The position numbers and the translations under genes are program-made. Shown piece by piece: positions 24,386 to 38,797 of a DNA stretch of 64,000 bases. The notes below the pieces were generated by a model, which was given only the letters and a program-made list of their open reading frames with translations, searched no databases and had not been told where the DNA came from. This stretch comes from the human T2T-CHM13v2.0 reference genome, Homo sapiens: the NCBI RefSeq assembly GCF_009914755.1, contig NC_060930.1. One strand, written 5' to 3'. Each line of letters starts with the position of its first letter. The first letter of the stretch is position 1.

Positions 24386-27157
24386 TTGCTACCGTCCATC
24401 AGTCCACCACTGAGGAGACTGGTTTTGCTTCTACCACAACAGAGTTACAATGAAAAACTGATCAAGGTTAAAAAGAAGCTTTTCATTGGTGCTATCACCA
24501 GAACTGTAATAAAATCAACATCTGACCTCAGAGGAGTGGTAGTATTAATTCCTTCACTGGCAGCAGTTTTGGCTGCAAATGGTTACTGAATTGGTGGCAG
24601 TTAACAAAGGTATTTGTGACACTGGGACAGTAGTGTGGATTCTAACAGTGGCAGAGTCACTGGAGGAGCTCTAGTGTTAGACATCAGAAATCATATGAAC
24701 ATTGACATCATTTTTGATGCCTGCAAGAGTAACTGAAAGAGCAGTGTTTATGGCTGACATAAGCTATGACAGTGGTCACAAGGCAGCATAGCTACCACTT
24801 TTGATGTTGGTTACAAAACGCATAAACAATAGAAACCTAAAGCAGGAAGGCAAGAAAATGATGGTAGCCAAGAGAAATAATTACTTCTTGGTTTACATGT
24901 GAAAAATTCTATGCTGTTTCCTAGAACATTTTCCAAAGGATTTATAGGATGCTTGAGTTCTCAAAGAACTAGTGGGAGAGGAATAGAAACATTTTGTTTT
25001 GTAGTTATGTACTTGAATAGCCTGCAAAATATAGATCACACACAAGTGTAGCAACTCTTGAAAGAGATAAAGTATATAAATGTGATGCTATATAAAAGCA
25101 TTTGGGTATAATATAAATGGCTTAAAAATGAAAGCTATTAGGTATAAAAAATTATGGAGTGGCATCTAGAGATGTTATATGAAGTTTTGTGGGTGGGAGT
25201 GAACAAGCAATTTTGGTTGCAGTGGAGGTTTTCATTTTGAGCTGTGATTTTGGTATCTCTTCCCTTTGGAACATGAACTTTTAAAATGTCTCAACGGCTT
25301 CGGGGCACCTGGTTTTGCACTGAATTTTTGGGAGATAATTCACCATAAAATGGATGCTTGAAGCCAGATTTGGATTCGGAGCACTAGGAAGTATAGCTTT
25401 AGTGGAGTCAAGGTTTCCCTAGGATGTGATTTAGTGGACTGGCTGTAAAGTTTATTATAGTGTGGTTTCCTGGGACATATTCTCTTCCCAGCAGGGCTGT
25501 GACTCAACCTTTCAACCAACCAAATGGAGTGCGGGAAGAACAAGACTGTAAAAAAATAAACCTTTACCTGGACTTTGCAGGCATAATGTTGTTATGACTA
25601 ACAGAAATTGGTCCAAAGTGCCCCCTTTCCTTTTTTGCCATTAGGCTCTTTTCTGTTTTTTTCCCCCCTGCTTTTCCCCTATTCCTAAAGGGTATAATTT
25701 CTTTGGTGAAACAGCGTGTGTGGGATTTTGAGAAATGCTTTAGAGTGAAGTGCTATCTATCAATCCAAAACACTACCAAAAGATTTATTTGTTGCCTGCC
25801 TGCTCCTCCCACCTCTCTCACCTCTTTGCTTCCTAACACATTTTTCTTCCATTTCCGTTTTTCTTCTCTCTGCAGCAGAGAAAGGCTGCCTACAGCTTTT
25901 CCCCACAGCCATTCAGCAGAACAGTCTTAGAGAGGAGTTAATGTCTTCAATGTCTCCCCTGACAGGCACTAGATTTTTTTTTTTTTAAACTCTAGCATCA
26001 CTGATCTCTGGCACCAAATAGCCACCACCCTTCTCCTCTGCCCCAAATAAGATATTCTTATCAATGTGATGGTGGGTGGGCCAAGGGAACTGTTACCACT
26101 GTTACGAAGCCTGTTTTCACTTTTTCTTTTCTTTTTTTTTTTCACAGAGGAGAAAGTTGCCTTGCTGCACATGTTTTTAGGAGGAATAAATAATGCTACT
26201 CACATGATTTAAGTTGGCAAAATAACTTACCTAGCAAATTTTAACTGGTTCAGAAATGCTATTGAAGCCCAAATAGCCTAACTATAATAAGGGTGCATCT
26301 GTCTCAGTGAAAGACCATTGCATGTATTAGAAAATGAAATAATGTACAGAATCACCCTGATTTGCCCCCCCAAAATGCCCCTGCCCATTATGCATTAGTA
26401 TGTAAATATCTACATCATGCTAGTCCCTTGTTGTCACATTGTTTGAACCATAGCAAAAGAACTGTCTTAAGGCTTTTGCTCAGAATAACGGAGTTCTTGT
26501 TTTTAGGTGCCATCTTGTCCAGATTCTTTATTTAGTCAATAGCGTTAGGATAGCCTCATTGATTGAAACTCTGACCTGATTATAACAATCAAAAAGTTTG
26601 GATGATTATCTAAAGCCTGTAGGAACTTAATCACATTGCTTTAGTTATGGAAATAATCCAGGTTTCCACAATCAGCTTTTCAAGCAAAATATTTGTAGAT
26701 CTGGGATTGAAAAAAGACAATGTGATCCTTCTTTTTAAATAAGACCTTCCTTTTCGAACAGGCAGTGGAGAGTCTGTGTTTTAGCAGGTTTAGGCAGCAT
26801 GAAATGGTGAGGTCCTTGCTGTGATCATTAGTGGTATTTCTGAATTTCTAAGAGTTAATATCAGATTGATTGTGATTGAGAATTTAAAATATCCAAATCA
26901 TTTTAGCACAGCTAAGTAAGTTTTTTTTTTGCTTTAGGGTGTTATAAAAAACCATCTTAGAAACAATTGGGTTCCATTTTAGAAGAAATGTGACTTCAAA
27001 ATTCTAAAAGATTTAATTGATATTTTAACTAAGTGCTCAAGTTTTTAGTTAATGTTAATCCATCTTCTGTTGACAGGTGTGTGTCTCTAGTCTCTTTTTT
27101 ATTTAAGGTCATTATTTGGCCCTGGATCTCATCCCCTCTGTCTGCCTGGGGTCACTT

Positions 27158-27354
27158 AGGGGCCAGCAAACTCTGGCCAGAGAGCCTGCTGGCACATTTT
27201 TTTGTCAGTAAAGTTTTATAGGAACACAGCTATACCCATTCGTTTACATACTGTTTTTGGCTGCTTTTTTGGTTGAACAGTTGTGATAGAAACCTTGTGG
27301 TCTGAGTCTAAAATATTTACTATCTGGTCCTTTAAGAAAAAGTTTTCTAAGCCC
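27158..27354. mobile_element. MER58A-like hAT MITE
   Basis: aggggccagcaaact...taaagttttataggaacacagctatacccattcgtttacata...ctaaaatatttactatctggtcctttaagaaaaagttt. Confidence 0.88.
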
Positions 27355-27691
27355 TCCTTCAGTCTATAAATATACAAATATCTTTCTCATCCACACCAAC
27401 CCGTGACTCTGTATAGAGCTTCTACACCTATCTAGCCTGTTTTACCTCCCTTCTATTCAAATTTCTCGAAAAGTACTCGCCACCCACTGATCTGTCTCCC
27501 ACTCACTCTTCAACTCTAAACTCTTGCTTCTGCTCCTACTCTATTGTAACTACTGTTGTTTAGATTAAAAGTGATTCCTTGATTATCAACTCCAATAGCC
27601 ACATTTTTTGATCCCTTCTTCATAGTATTTGATGCCAGGATCATGGATTCTCATGTAGGACTCCCTATGCTCTTGGTTTCTGTGACAGTGT

Positions 27692-28064
27692 TGTTAAAGA
27701 AAAAAGTTTTTATGCCACTCATTAAAGACAAGTGTTAAAATTGGCTAAGGCTGACTATTCAGGGGGATGGCTACAATGGGGTTTTGTAGCAGGACAGAGT
27801 GATGGGACTCCAAATATGATAAGGAAAAGTGGGAATTTATAGCCAAGAAGCAAGAGCAGGATGGGTGTCAGTGGATGGAAAATTACTAAGAGGAAAACCA
27901 AAGCTAAAAGGATTCTGGCTAAACTGAGGATGATCACATACCAGCAGGATTTTTGCTAAAACTGGACGAAGCAGGTCTAGGATAGAGCTCAAAGTTGGGG
28001 CCTCCTCCAAAAGAGGACTCAGAGGAGCCCCAGTAAAGTTTGGTTAAGGAGAAACTCTCTGTTA
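27692..28064 (-). mobile_element. MER31-like ERV1 solo LTR inserted in L2
   Basis: gggaatttatagccaagaagcaag...gtcagtggatggaaaattactaagagg...gaggactcagaggagcccc..taaagtttggttaaggaga. Confidence 0.8.
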
Positions 28065-28439
28065 ATGTATTCTCCTGTTTCGCCTATGACTTCTGTGATA
28101 TTCCACCTTGTGCTTCTTTGAGGCCACATCTCAACTGCTATGACGATTTCAGCACCCATCAGGTCTTGCTTGGACAACTTAGCCAACTTCTAACTAGTTT
28201 TACCTTCCTGTCCTCTTTAAAATCTGTTCTCATATAAAGTGACCTACTTGAAACCTAACAATACTACCCTGTTTACAAAGTTTCAGTAATTACTATTGTT
28301 TATAAGAAAACTTTAAAGCTCTTTCACAGCGGCAATGAACAAGCCAGGCCTTAGGCTGCTGCCTTACCCACCATCTCCTTCTGAGGAGAATTGTCCGAGA
28401 CTACTATTTTATAACCTGGATTACATGATAGGAAGAGCA

Positions 28440-29350
28440 AAACACATTGTGAATACAGAGTGGGATAGAGAATGTCAAGTGAAGTAGTTCAGTATTTCAC
28501 AGGGTGCCTAAGGGTGATGGGGGTAGAAAGTATGGAAGAACTCTGAGTTGTGGACAGATCATAAGAAAACTAGTATGCTGTACTAGAGAATTTGTATTAT
28601 TCAATAGGTATCCATTGAGTAATTATAAGCCAATTAGCATTGTCAGTTTTATATTTAAGAAAATCCATTCTTAAAATGGCACAATATTTCCAGAAAGCAA
28701 TTTTTGTAATATATGTTAAGATAATGAGTGGATTATAGGTCTGTGTCTTATTTTTTTTTTTAAGTAGGAGAGATTTGAACATATTTTTATACAGCTACTA
28801 AACAGGAAAAGGCTGAAATACAGGAGAAAGATGGGATAATTGGTGGAGTGATTTACCAGGGGGACAAAGGTTGAAGGATTAGTGTGGATGGAACAAGAGC
28901 TATCTCAATAAAGGAAAAAAGAAGAGTGGGAATATCTGTGACATCAGGAAGGGTAAATAAAATTGAGGCATTTCTCACGGGCCTTACTTAACTTATGAAC
29001 TGGAAACCATATGACCATCTGAGAATGATGAGAGAAATGGTGGCAGATGGTGTATAAATGAGGTGTTTGGACTAACAGTTGAGGAAAATGGGAGCTAGCG
29101 ATAAATGTAGATGGGCAAAAAGATTATTTGGCAATGTTAAAGATCTTATAAGATGGGGAGTCATAAATTTATGGTGACCTCAGTAGAAAAGTCTTCTGCT
29201 AAAGTAATCAGCCAATCATAGTGGACTAGGAGAGTGGGAGGTGGCTGTTTGGTTAGACAGGTACAGGCCTGAAGTTTTGTTATGTGAAGAGGTCACAGAG
29301 GTGAAGCATATTGACAAATACCATTTTTGAAGTCCTGCATCTCAGAGTCT
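28440..29350 (-). mobile_element. Degenerate L2
   Basis: Purine-rich antisense L2 pattern, e.g. ggagagatttgaacatattt...ggctgaaatacaggagaaagatgggataattg. Confidence 0.5.
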
Positions 29351-30820
29351 AAGGCTGGCTGCAGATGGAGTTTACTTTCACAGATTCAGAATTATGATTG
29401 GTACACAAAGCATCAGCCCATCATGTTAATACTCTTCAGTGGTTCCTAATTGCTTTGCATGTTAATGCAATCTATCAGTAATCAGCTTTAATGTCCTCCA
29501 ACTGTTAGCTCTCTTTTTCCTAGCAGTTGTGGATGTTTTAAAAGGGAGAATCTCAGGCAGAATTGAAATGAACTATGAAGAACACCCAGTTTATGGAGGC
29601 AGCCAGCTTGCCTAAGTCTGTATTCCTCGTTTTGTTCCTTTGAAAATATTTTCTCATTCTCAAGCTTCCTTTGTCCTCTTCTATCTCAGAACCTTTTGTT
29701 GTTCATTTATTCAGCCAATAAATATCTGAGTATTATGTATAAAACACAGTAATTAAAGTTTAGTGACATCATCTGAGCTGGAATGTTTAGTCTTAGTATT
29801 TTTGGACAGGAAAGAATTTTAGAAGTATGCTTGATTCTAACGTGTTGGGTGCTAGCAGGTCTAGCTGGGACTTTTTCAGAGCTAATGGGTAGTGCTATAT
29901 GATAAGGGGCCAAAAACTCACAGAAAAAATAAGGTAACTGCATGAAACCAGCAAAGGCAAACATCTCTTACTTAGTGGGAAAAGACTCATTTGCACTTTC
30001 AGTCTCTCCTTCTCTGATACTATCTCTACTGTGTATTATAAGATATTGGTGGCTAAGGAGATAGGAGTTTTAATCTATATAAAGCTTTCTTTATGTTTAT
30101 TTATTTGTGCTTGACTTGTGATGGCATTTTCTTGCCTCTTCTCCTACCAGACTAGTCCAGGAAGGTAATGACTGACATAGGGTACATGCTCAAATGTGTG
30201 TGTTGAATGAATGAATGAATCATGCTGACAGACATCATGAGCCTAGTAAAGTTTTCTAATCTGCAAGCCAAGACTGGGTTATGTTATAATCCAGAGAACC
30301 CAGTGAACCCTGGCTACTGATATGATTAACATAAATTTCCATAAACTCTTTTTCTATGAGGTTTATTTCAGACAGGTCAATCATTTTGCAACCTCTCATG
30401 TGATTGGTTACTGCCTTCTCTACTTTCTGTCTGAAATATCTTCCAGGCAAGTTGCATCTGAAAAACTAATCTAAAGAATACAAATTGTCACAAGTTATTT
30501 CCTGCCGACCATTACAATCACTGCCAAAGGCTTCACCCATTTCTTCATGTTTTCTGTCTCCTCATTCCACAGTGCTATCAAGTTCTGGGAGAAACAGCAT
30601 TGCCCGATAATGTGTTAATTATATTTTTATGCCTTGACAAATATCTGGGACCTGATAGCGTGGTTTCTTGTATCTGCTGAAATAAGAAAACAAACAAAAC
30701 AAATAATAAACAAACAAAAATAACCAAATGCTTCTATGTGCAGGTTCTTAGAATACATAAAAGTCACTGTCTGATGCCTATATCTGTAGCTATATCATGT
30801 CTTTAGATTTTTAAAATTAT

Positions 30821-31100
<280 letters not shown>

Positions 31101-31384
31101 TAGAGTTTTTGTTTTTTTTTTTCTCTCAATAAATGTAAGTCTAGAATTCATTTACCTTCTAACTTTCCATAGTTTTTCACTAAGTGGGTATTGATAAATG
31201 TCATAGCCTGGGGAGGTAATTTTTCTTGAGAGCCTCATTTGGTTCTCATAATAAACCTATAAGTATTATCTTCATTTTGCAGGTAAGGAAGAGGTTCAGA
31301 GAGATTAAGTAAATTGATAATAGCAATGGTTGTTATTATTATCAGAGTAGCATTAAAATAGATGATAATAGAAACACCAGGCTA

Positions 31385-31530
31385 GGTAGGTAGTATTATC
31401 ACCATTTTACAGATGAGCTAGTTTCAGTTCAGAGACAAAGTATTTTGCCCAAGGCCATTCAACTAGTACTAGATGTGACAGAGGCAAGTTTTTCAGCCTG
31501 GGTCAGTCTGACTTCAACGTGCGTGCTCTT
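31385..31530 (-). mobile_element. MIR
   Basis: ggtagtattatcaccattttacagatgag...ttgcccaaggcc...cagtctgacttcaa. Confidence 0.7.
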
Positions 31531-34500
31531 CCAGGCTGACTGACTTGTTTAACTAAGGGCTTTTCTCTCAGCAGGGGACTGTTCTTGAGTTTGTACAGCT
31601 TCCCTGTAACAGAGAAATTACTGGATGAAATTGTATGCTGTCTTGTCCAATTATAAGACAATCAGTGTTGAGAACACCTTACAGGCTAAAAGTGAATGTT
31701 AACACTTCTGTTCTTTTACCAGTATAGTTTAGTCCTGTTCTTAGGAAAGTAAAACATGATAAGCAACAACAAATAAAAATCCTACTGCTGTTCACTGTCT
31801 TTGCCTTCTTCGTTCTTTTCTCCTTAGTTGGTGCCAAGGTAATCACCTAATACACAACCCCCAGGAGAATTATGCTGACAGGTCCTGATGTTCCACTACT
31901 GTGTTTTCATTGAAGCTGTGTAGTTACATCTTTGGTCAAATGGAGATAAGCTGTGAGAGATGCTGGATGGCATTTTTCAAAAGGGAGTGAAGATCACAGC
32001 AGCCACTTCTTGCTGACTATCAGGGGAAGGGAAAAGAAGGAAAATGAAATGAAAATGAAAAATAGTTTTTTTCGTATTGCCATATTAAGGTACTTTTCTA
32101 GCTGTGGTCTCTACACATTTAATCACATCCAACTAGCTGATGAAATAAAAGCTCTCCTCCCTTGGCCCCATGCTAATTATTCTTGCTAATTATTTTTTAA
32201 TTATCTTTCTATCACTGCTTCTAGAGTAACTGTCATAATTTCCACCTCAGAGGTTCCAGACATGACATACCTATAAATGTAGTATAAAGGATGGTGACTG
32301 GGTTGTGAATGCTTTCAAAGGAAACACAGAAGAGAAATCAAATCCAACCCCATCTTCTACCACATTAGCATGGGCGAGGCTTTCAAATTGCTTCTGTTAA
32401 TTATTCATTATAGAAACACATACACACTAAACCCCTTAATTAGTTGAGGGTTCACATTACATAGTTCATATCTCCATATTTGCAGGGTGTCTGACAACAT
32501 GTTGGACAAAGCAGTGCTCAAACAGCCTGTTAAATTGTCTGACCTAACCTGGGTAATTAAAACAGGAATAAGGTTGGATATTTGCCTTTGAGGTCCACCA
32601 AATAATATCTAACTCTTTTGCAGTAGAGTGAAGCCATTAGCCCTATGCTAAGCACTCAGTGTTGGGGGGGATATAAAATTATTTGGTTTCTGTTCTGTAT
32701 TCTCAAGTAATTTATAATCTCAATAGAAAGGCAAAATGTACACATGTGACATTAAAAAATTTAAGGACTAAAGAAGTGGTGGACATTGTAGTGCAGACCA
32801 TTAGGACAAACTTTCTGTGAAGGACAATTGGATGGGAGGACATAGCCAAGCATGCAGAAGAATTTCAAGGGCTTGGTGGTGGCCACAGACATGGAGTAGT
32901 CAGTGGGAAGATGGCCTGATTGAACTGAAGACTATGTGAGAGAATACCAATAGATAAGATAAACAGCAGTACATATAAAATATAAGCTATGTAGTAATAC
33001 AAATAGCAATACTTATAGCAATATGTATAGCTAATATATAGCATATATATCATATGAGGTGTTATACACTTACACAGGATATCATTGGTCAAGTTCCTTT
33101 TCGAAAGCCTGAAGTCCTGCAATACTCATAATACAGTTAGCTTTTCTTCTCTTATATGAGATTAATAAATTGTACCTAAAGTCAGTCCCATCAAGATCTG
33201 GGTGTTTGTTTCTCAGAAAGACAGATTTTTGTATTATCATCACAACTATATCACATGATAGTTATAAAGTCTCTTGCAAACTCTTTATCCAGAAATTGGG
33301 CCAGCCTGCAGTTTCATTAATGTGGCTATGAAAGATCTGGGAAGAACCTGTCCCTTAAAAACAATTCATATTAAATAATCAAGGTTGATTGGATAACCAT
33401 CTCTTCCAATCATTTCTAAGACAGGTTATAAAGGTCTGTCCTCCCTACTCCATTAAAACAGGCAGTGAATTGAAGTCAGAACCCTCAGTGTCTCCCCTCA
33501 AAGAGTTGGGTTATCTAGTTATGCTCAAATATATGAGAAAACAGATCATCTTTCAAGTGGAGTCTAAAACAATGCTATTATGTCTGAATGTGTTGAAATG
33601 ACTGAACAGTAAAATAACACTTAGACTGGTTTTCAAATTTTTTTATGTTCCAAAAACCATTAAAAAGTCTTGTAGTTTTTTTAGAGACTGATATTCATTT
33701 AAACTGCCTCGACCCTACCCAAAATTTCAGATTATAGAGTCAGCATAGATCAATGTTCAGATTCAAGCTCTGTCATTTGTCAGCCATTGGACAATTGATT
33801 TAATGCCTTTTAACCTTATTTAATAAATAAAACTTCTTGCAGAAGTCTTAGGAGAAAAGAAACTTGAGAAAATTTTGTCCTGGAAAGATCTGTCTGGTGG
33901 TATAAAGGTTATTAATCTTAGGTGCATACAAATTGGCCCTGGTTCTTAATCTAAAGGCTTCCAGAGAATTGTTTCTTAAAGCTTGGTTCATCAAATGCTA
34001 ATAGTTTTTACCCATGTGAACAATACAAAAAATGTTCTCAAAAATAAGAAGAGTAGGAAATTCAAGGTTAAACTAAGTGAAATAGTATTCTTCATTGCTG
34101 AACTTCTCAGAGTCTTAGATTTACCTATTTGGATGTCTATGGAGTAATAGGCAGAATTTCCCCAAACTACTTGCTGACTGACCTGTTTTTTGTGGAGCAC
34201 ATTGTGGAAGTAATGATTAAATGCCCCTTTCCTGCAGACTTTTCCACTGGAGAAAGTAGAGGCAAGCAGTCTGATGGCTGCTCTGTCTGAGCCACAGTAG
34301 CTGAAATTAATGGTTCCAGCATCAGACAAGCACTTGGGCCTCTAGCAAAGGAAGGAAAGACTGATCCACACTGCTCTGCCACATTACAGTGATGGTCCTG
34401 ATAGCCAAGAGAACTGATGTGAATAAAAACATAAAAATGCTTACTTTTGTGGGTTAGGAATCTAGACTTTTCATATATATGGAAAATGAACTGGAAGGTG

Positions 34501-35889
34501 ACACCTTTACTTTTATATTTCTGCATTGAGACAAATAAGAGAAGGAATAATAATCCAAATAAATCTGGACAAAGTTAGACAAGAAAAGGAAATGAAAATT
34601 ATTGAGTGTCTGTACCTGTAGGCTGGTAGTATTATAAATAAAACACACAGCATGGGTGATGGAAAAAATTATGAGATATAAAGATTTGATATATAAAAAA
34701 GGTCTTATTGCTGCAGGATAACAGAAAAATTTTAAACATTATTGTGCAATGTGTTTGCAAATAGAGTGATGAAGGAGTATAAATGGGAGGATTATTGACT
34801 AATTTTCACATAAGAAGAATACATTTAAGAGAGAAAGTTAGGTTTTATGAAAGGTTTAAAAATAAAGCTGCTAGGAGTAGGTATATGTTACAGACCTCTA
34901 GGACAAAAGAGATAAGTCAAAGAAATATATGAAATGATAAGGGAGCAATGGAAGATAACAAGATTAGACTTAGTGCAGATTTCAAACTCCTTATTGTGAT
35001 GTGTGATTTGTCAAACTTTTGAGACAAGGTTAAAGTGAGGGAAAAGGACATAATGGATTTTCTAAATGGTAGATCACAGGTTCTTTTAATTTGCAAAGTC
35101 ACAACTGACAAGGGTTTCTCAAGCCAGTCTGGTTAGGGTGAAATTTTCAGTTCAGCTATAAATAGATTTCAAACACTGTCATATACAGAAGTATAGATCA
35201 GTGCAAACTTTTATGGAGTGGCTTCTACCAAAAGAAAATATTCTTTGTACTATGCAAATGAATAGCAGTGAAAACTGCTCCAACATTTTCTGATGTTCCC
35301 CTCAACATTCAGTATTATTCCAAAGCAATATTAGCTGGGATTGGATAAAACTCGGTTACTCTGCTATTCCTGAATTCTTCATGGCAGCTGTCTCGCAGTT
35401 GAGTTCATACAATCTTAGGAAGTCCCTGCTTGAGCATCAGGGTCATGGTAAGTAAGTTTTCCTGCAGAGCCCCTGAAATGAAGGAAATAAAGGAATGAAA
35501 TTAAAATAACCCTGTAAATAACTTATAAAGTAATAAATTAATCTTGGATGTCTATATGTGTGTCATTATGAGCATACTGTTGATTTTTACATACTCTTTA
35601 CACAGAAAACCTTGTTTATTAACAATCCTATTCACCTAGGATTGGTCAAATCTTTCTGAATTCTAGGTAAATGGGAGCCAAATTGCAGCATGCTTCACAA
35701 TGTGTTTCTTCCTCATCCTCCTTGAATTGTATTTCTGGCTTTGCTTTTTCCATAAAAGGTCTAGTAATATCTTTCCATTCAAGATCTGAAAATATCTTGG
35801 CTCCGTGGCCCTGCAAGCTCCTTCTTCATTTGATTTAAGCTTTAGTATTATTGTGCAAGTGTGTCTGTCTTTCCTACTATTGCTGCCTG

Positions 35890-35936
35890 TGCTAGCCTTT
35901 TGCCACTGCTAGCCTTTTGCTACTGCTAGTCCTTTT
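35890..35936. repeat. 17-bp tandem repeat, ~2.7 copies
   Basis: tgctagccttttgccac / tgctagccttttgctac / tgctagtcctttt. Confidence 0.85.
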
Positions 35937-37360
35937 CATTTACTTCTGTTTATGCATGCACTTTCATTATACTGTGGAGTTAGAGATACCTCAATTAAGT
36001 CAGGAAAAGTTACAAGTTTTTCTTTTACCTCTTTCGTTAATTTTTTTCTAGCATAGAATTATGTGCTACTTTTTTGGGGCACCAATTTGCAGTTTTAATT
36101 AGGTTACCAATTTAATAATTTTCCCCCAAAAAATTTCAGTATTTGATTGCAAACCACACATATTCTTTGGCTGCTTAATATGGGCCAAGTATTTAGTAAA
36201 GTGCAAGAAGAAAATATCTTCCCTTTCAAACAACTCATAATCTAGTGGAGGAACTAGAGGTAGGCAGCTATGTAGGACTATAGGTTGAGGGCTATCATAG
36301 AGGTTTCTATTTGGTACTATGTGAGCCTAGATGAAAATGGCAAAGCAAAAAGAAGTCAGGGAACGCTGTATAATGAAGATGAGGTTTTAGTTGAGTCTTG
36401 AAGTTATAAATTATTAGAAAGGTTCTGTTTAGACTTCAGCTCTCCTGATAGCTGTGATCTTTTAGCTATATCGGTTATATTTTTTATTTTGTAATATGTT
36501 AAATACAAAAGACTTAAGTTTAAAGACATGAAGCCTGCACAAAAAAGGGAGGTCATATATTTGTAGTAGTAGGGTTTTTCAAATTCTGTCATTTATTTCC
36601 TTTTATTTTCCAGTATAAGAAAAGATAAATGGAAAAATAAAAATATTCTTGTTCATTTTCTAGTTGATATTTTATGGTCCATTAACTCTCTTTTCATTAC
36701 CCTAAACTATCTTGTCTGGGTTTTTTTTTTTTTTTTTAAGTTAAGCAACTGATCAAACTTTCACTTTAGAAAACCCCAGCTATTGGCATTCTCCACACCA
36801 TAACTTCACCAGAGCAGCTTAGCAGTGTTGGAGAAAGTGTGTAGAGGGAAGCATCTACATCAATGCTTAACAGTCTGTTTTTCTGGTTGCCTCATTCTCT
36901 TACTCTTACATAAAAATGTATTCTCATTTATTTTCACATCTCCAATAGCTTTTACCTTGCTCTCCTTTGGCTTCGCATATCCTAAGCAGATTATATCTAC
37001 CTCACAGATAAAACTGAATGATCAGATGGGACTGGCCTCATATCAGATCCTACACATCTGAGCTGTCCGCTACAGTTCCTCTAGCCTCTGGCTTTCTTGT
37101 TTTAGAGGATCTATTTAATCCTTGCACCATGGCTTTGGAATCTATCATTCCCACATTTTCAGGAAACTTATACCATGAATTATCGTTTGTTTCTTGAATT
37201 GTTTCAACCCTTTATCACTCAACCGAATGTGTCCCATTGTTTTTATAATATACTCAGAATACCTCAATAAAAATATGTCATAACAATTACTCTCCCCTGC
37301 TTGTAGCTATTGCCCTATCTCTCTTCTGTTCTCAGACAAACTGTTAAAACAACAACAGCA

Positions 37361-37723
<363 letters not shown>

Positions 37724-37755
37724 TCATTCCCTCATTTCCCACTCATTAACCTACC

Positions 37756-38142
37756 TGATAAACTTTGGCTCTGTGTCCCCACCCAAATCTAATGTTGAAT
37801 TGTAATTCCCAATGTTGGGGGAGGGACCTGGTAGGAGGTGATTGGATCATGGGGGCAGATTTCCCCCCCTTGCTGTTCTCATGATAGTGAGTGAGTTCTC
37901 CTGAAATCTGATGGTTTAAAAGTGAGTGGCACTTACCCCTTTGCTCTCTTTCTCTCCTGCCACCATGTGAAGATGTGCTTGCTTCCCTTTCGCCCTTCTG
38001 CCACAATTATAAGTTAGCTGAGGCTTCTCCAGCTATGCTTCCTATAAGGCCTGTGGAACCTTGAGCCAATGAAACCTCTTTTCTTTATAAATTACCCAGT
38101 CTCAGGTAGTTCTTTATAGCAATGTGAGAACAGACTAATATA
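37756..38142 (+). mobile_element. MSTA MaLR solo LTR
   Basis: tgataaactttggctctgtgtccccacccaaatct...aattacccagtctcaggtagttctttatagcaatgtgagaacagactaata. TSD ctacc. Confidence 0.93.
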
Positions 38143-38443
38143 CTACCCTAATCTGGATCTGGCCCAATCACTCCATAGTGAAACAGCTTTTGGTAATGTT
38201 ACCAACTTATTGCAATAGATTTTTTTTTTGGTCCTTATCTCATGTAACTTCTCAGAAATATTCTATCCACCTGACAAATCTTTCCTTTAGAAATGCTCTC
38301 CTTGGCCTCTATGACACAGCATTCTCCTGGTTCTTTCCCTAACTCTCTGGCTTTTGTTTATTTTCTCATCACAGACTTATATTCTTTCTTTAGTTGACAG
38401 AATCTGGAGTTCTTCAATGGTTAGTCCTAGACAGCTTCTTTCC

Positions 38444-38797
38444 TGCTATATTCTAAATGTTTGCTTCCCCACAAATTCATATGTTAAAATCCTAAACCCC
38501 AAGGTGATTGTCTTAGGAAGTAGGGTCTTTTGGGAAGTGATTAACTCACAGGATACTATTTTATTTGTGCCTAATAAAATAGGCTGAAGGGAGCTCCTTT
38601 GCCCCTTCAACTATGTGAGGAAACAGCCAGATGGCCTTGTGTGTGAACTGGAACATGGACCTTACACAGACATTAATCTGCCAGTGCCTTAATCTTGATT
38701 TTTCTCCAACCTCTAGAACGTGAGAAATAAATATCTTTTATTTATAAGCTACTCAGTTCATGGTATTTTGTTATAGCAGTCCAAATGGACTATGACA
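38444..38797 (+). mobile_element. MLT1A-type solo LTR
   Basis: tgctatattctaaatgtttg...aattcatatgttaaaatcctaaacccc...ggtattttgttatagcagtccaaatggactatgaca. Confidence 0.88.

Noticed and set aside
33991-34526. 112- and 119-aa minus-strand ORFs
   Set aside because: No domain-like composition or recognisable homology; lengths are within chance expectation for 64 kb.
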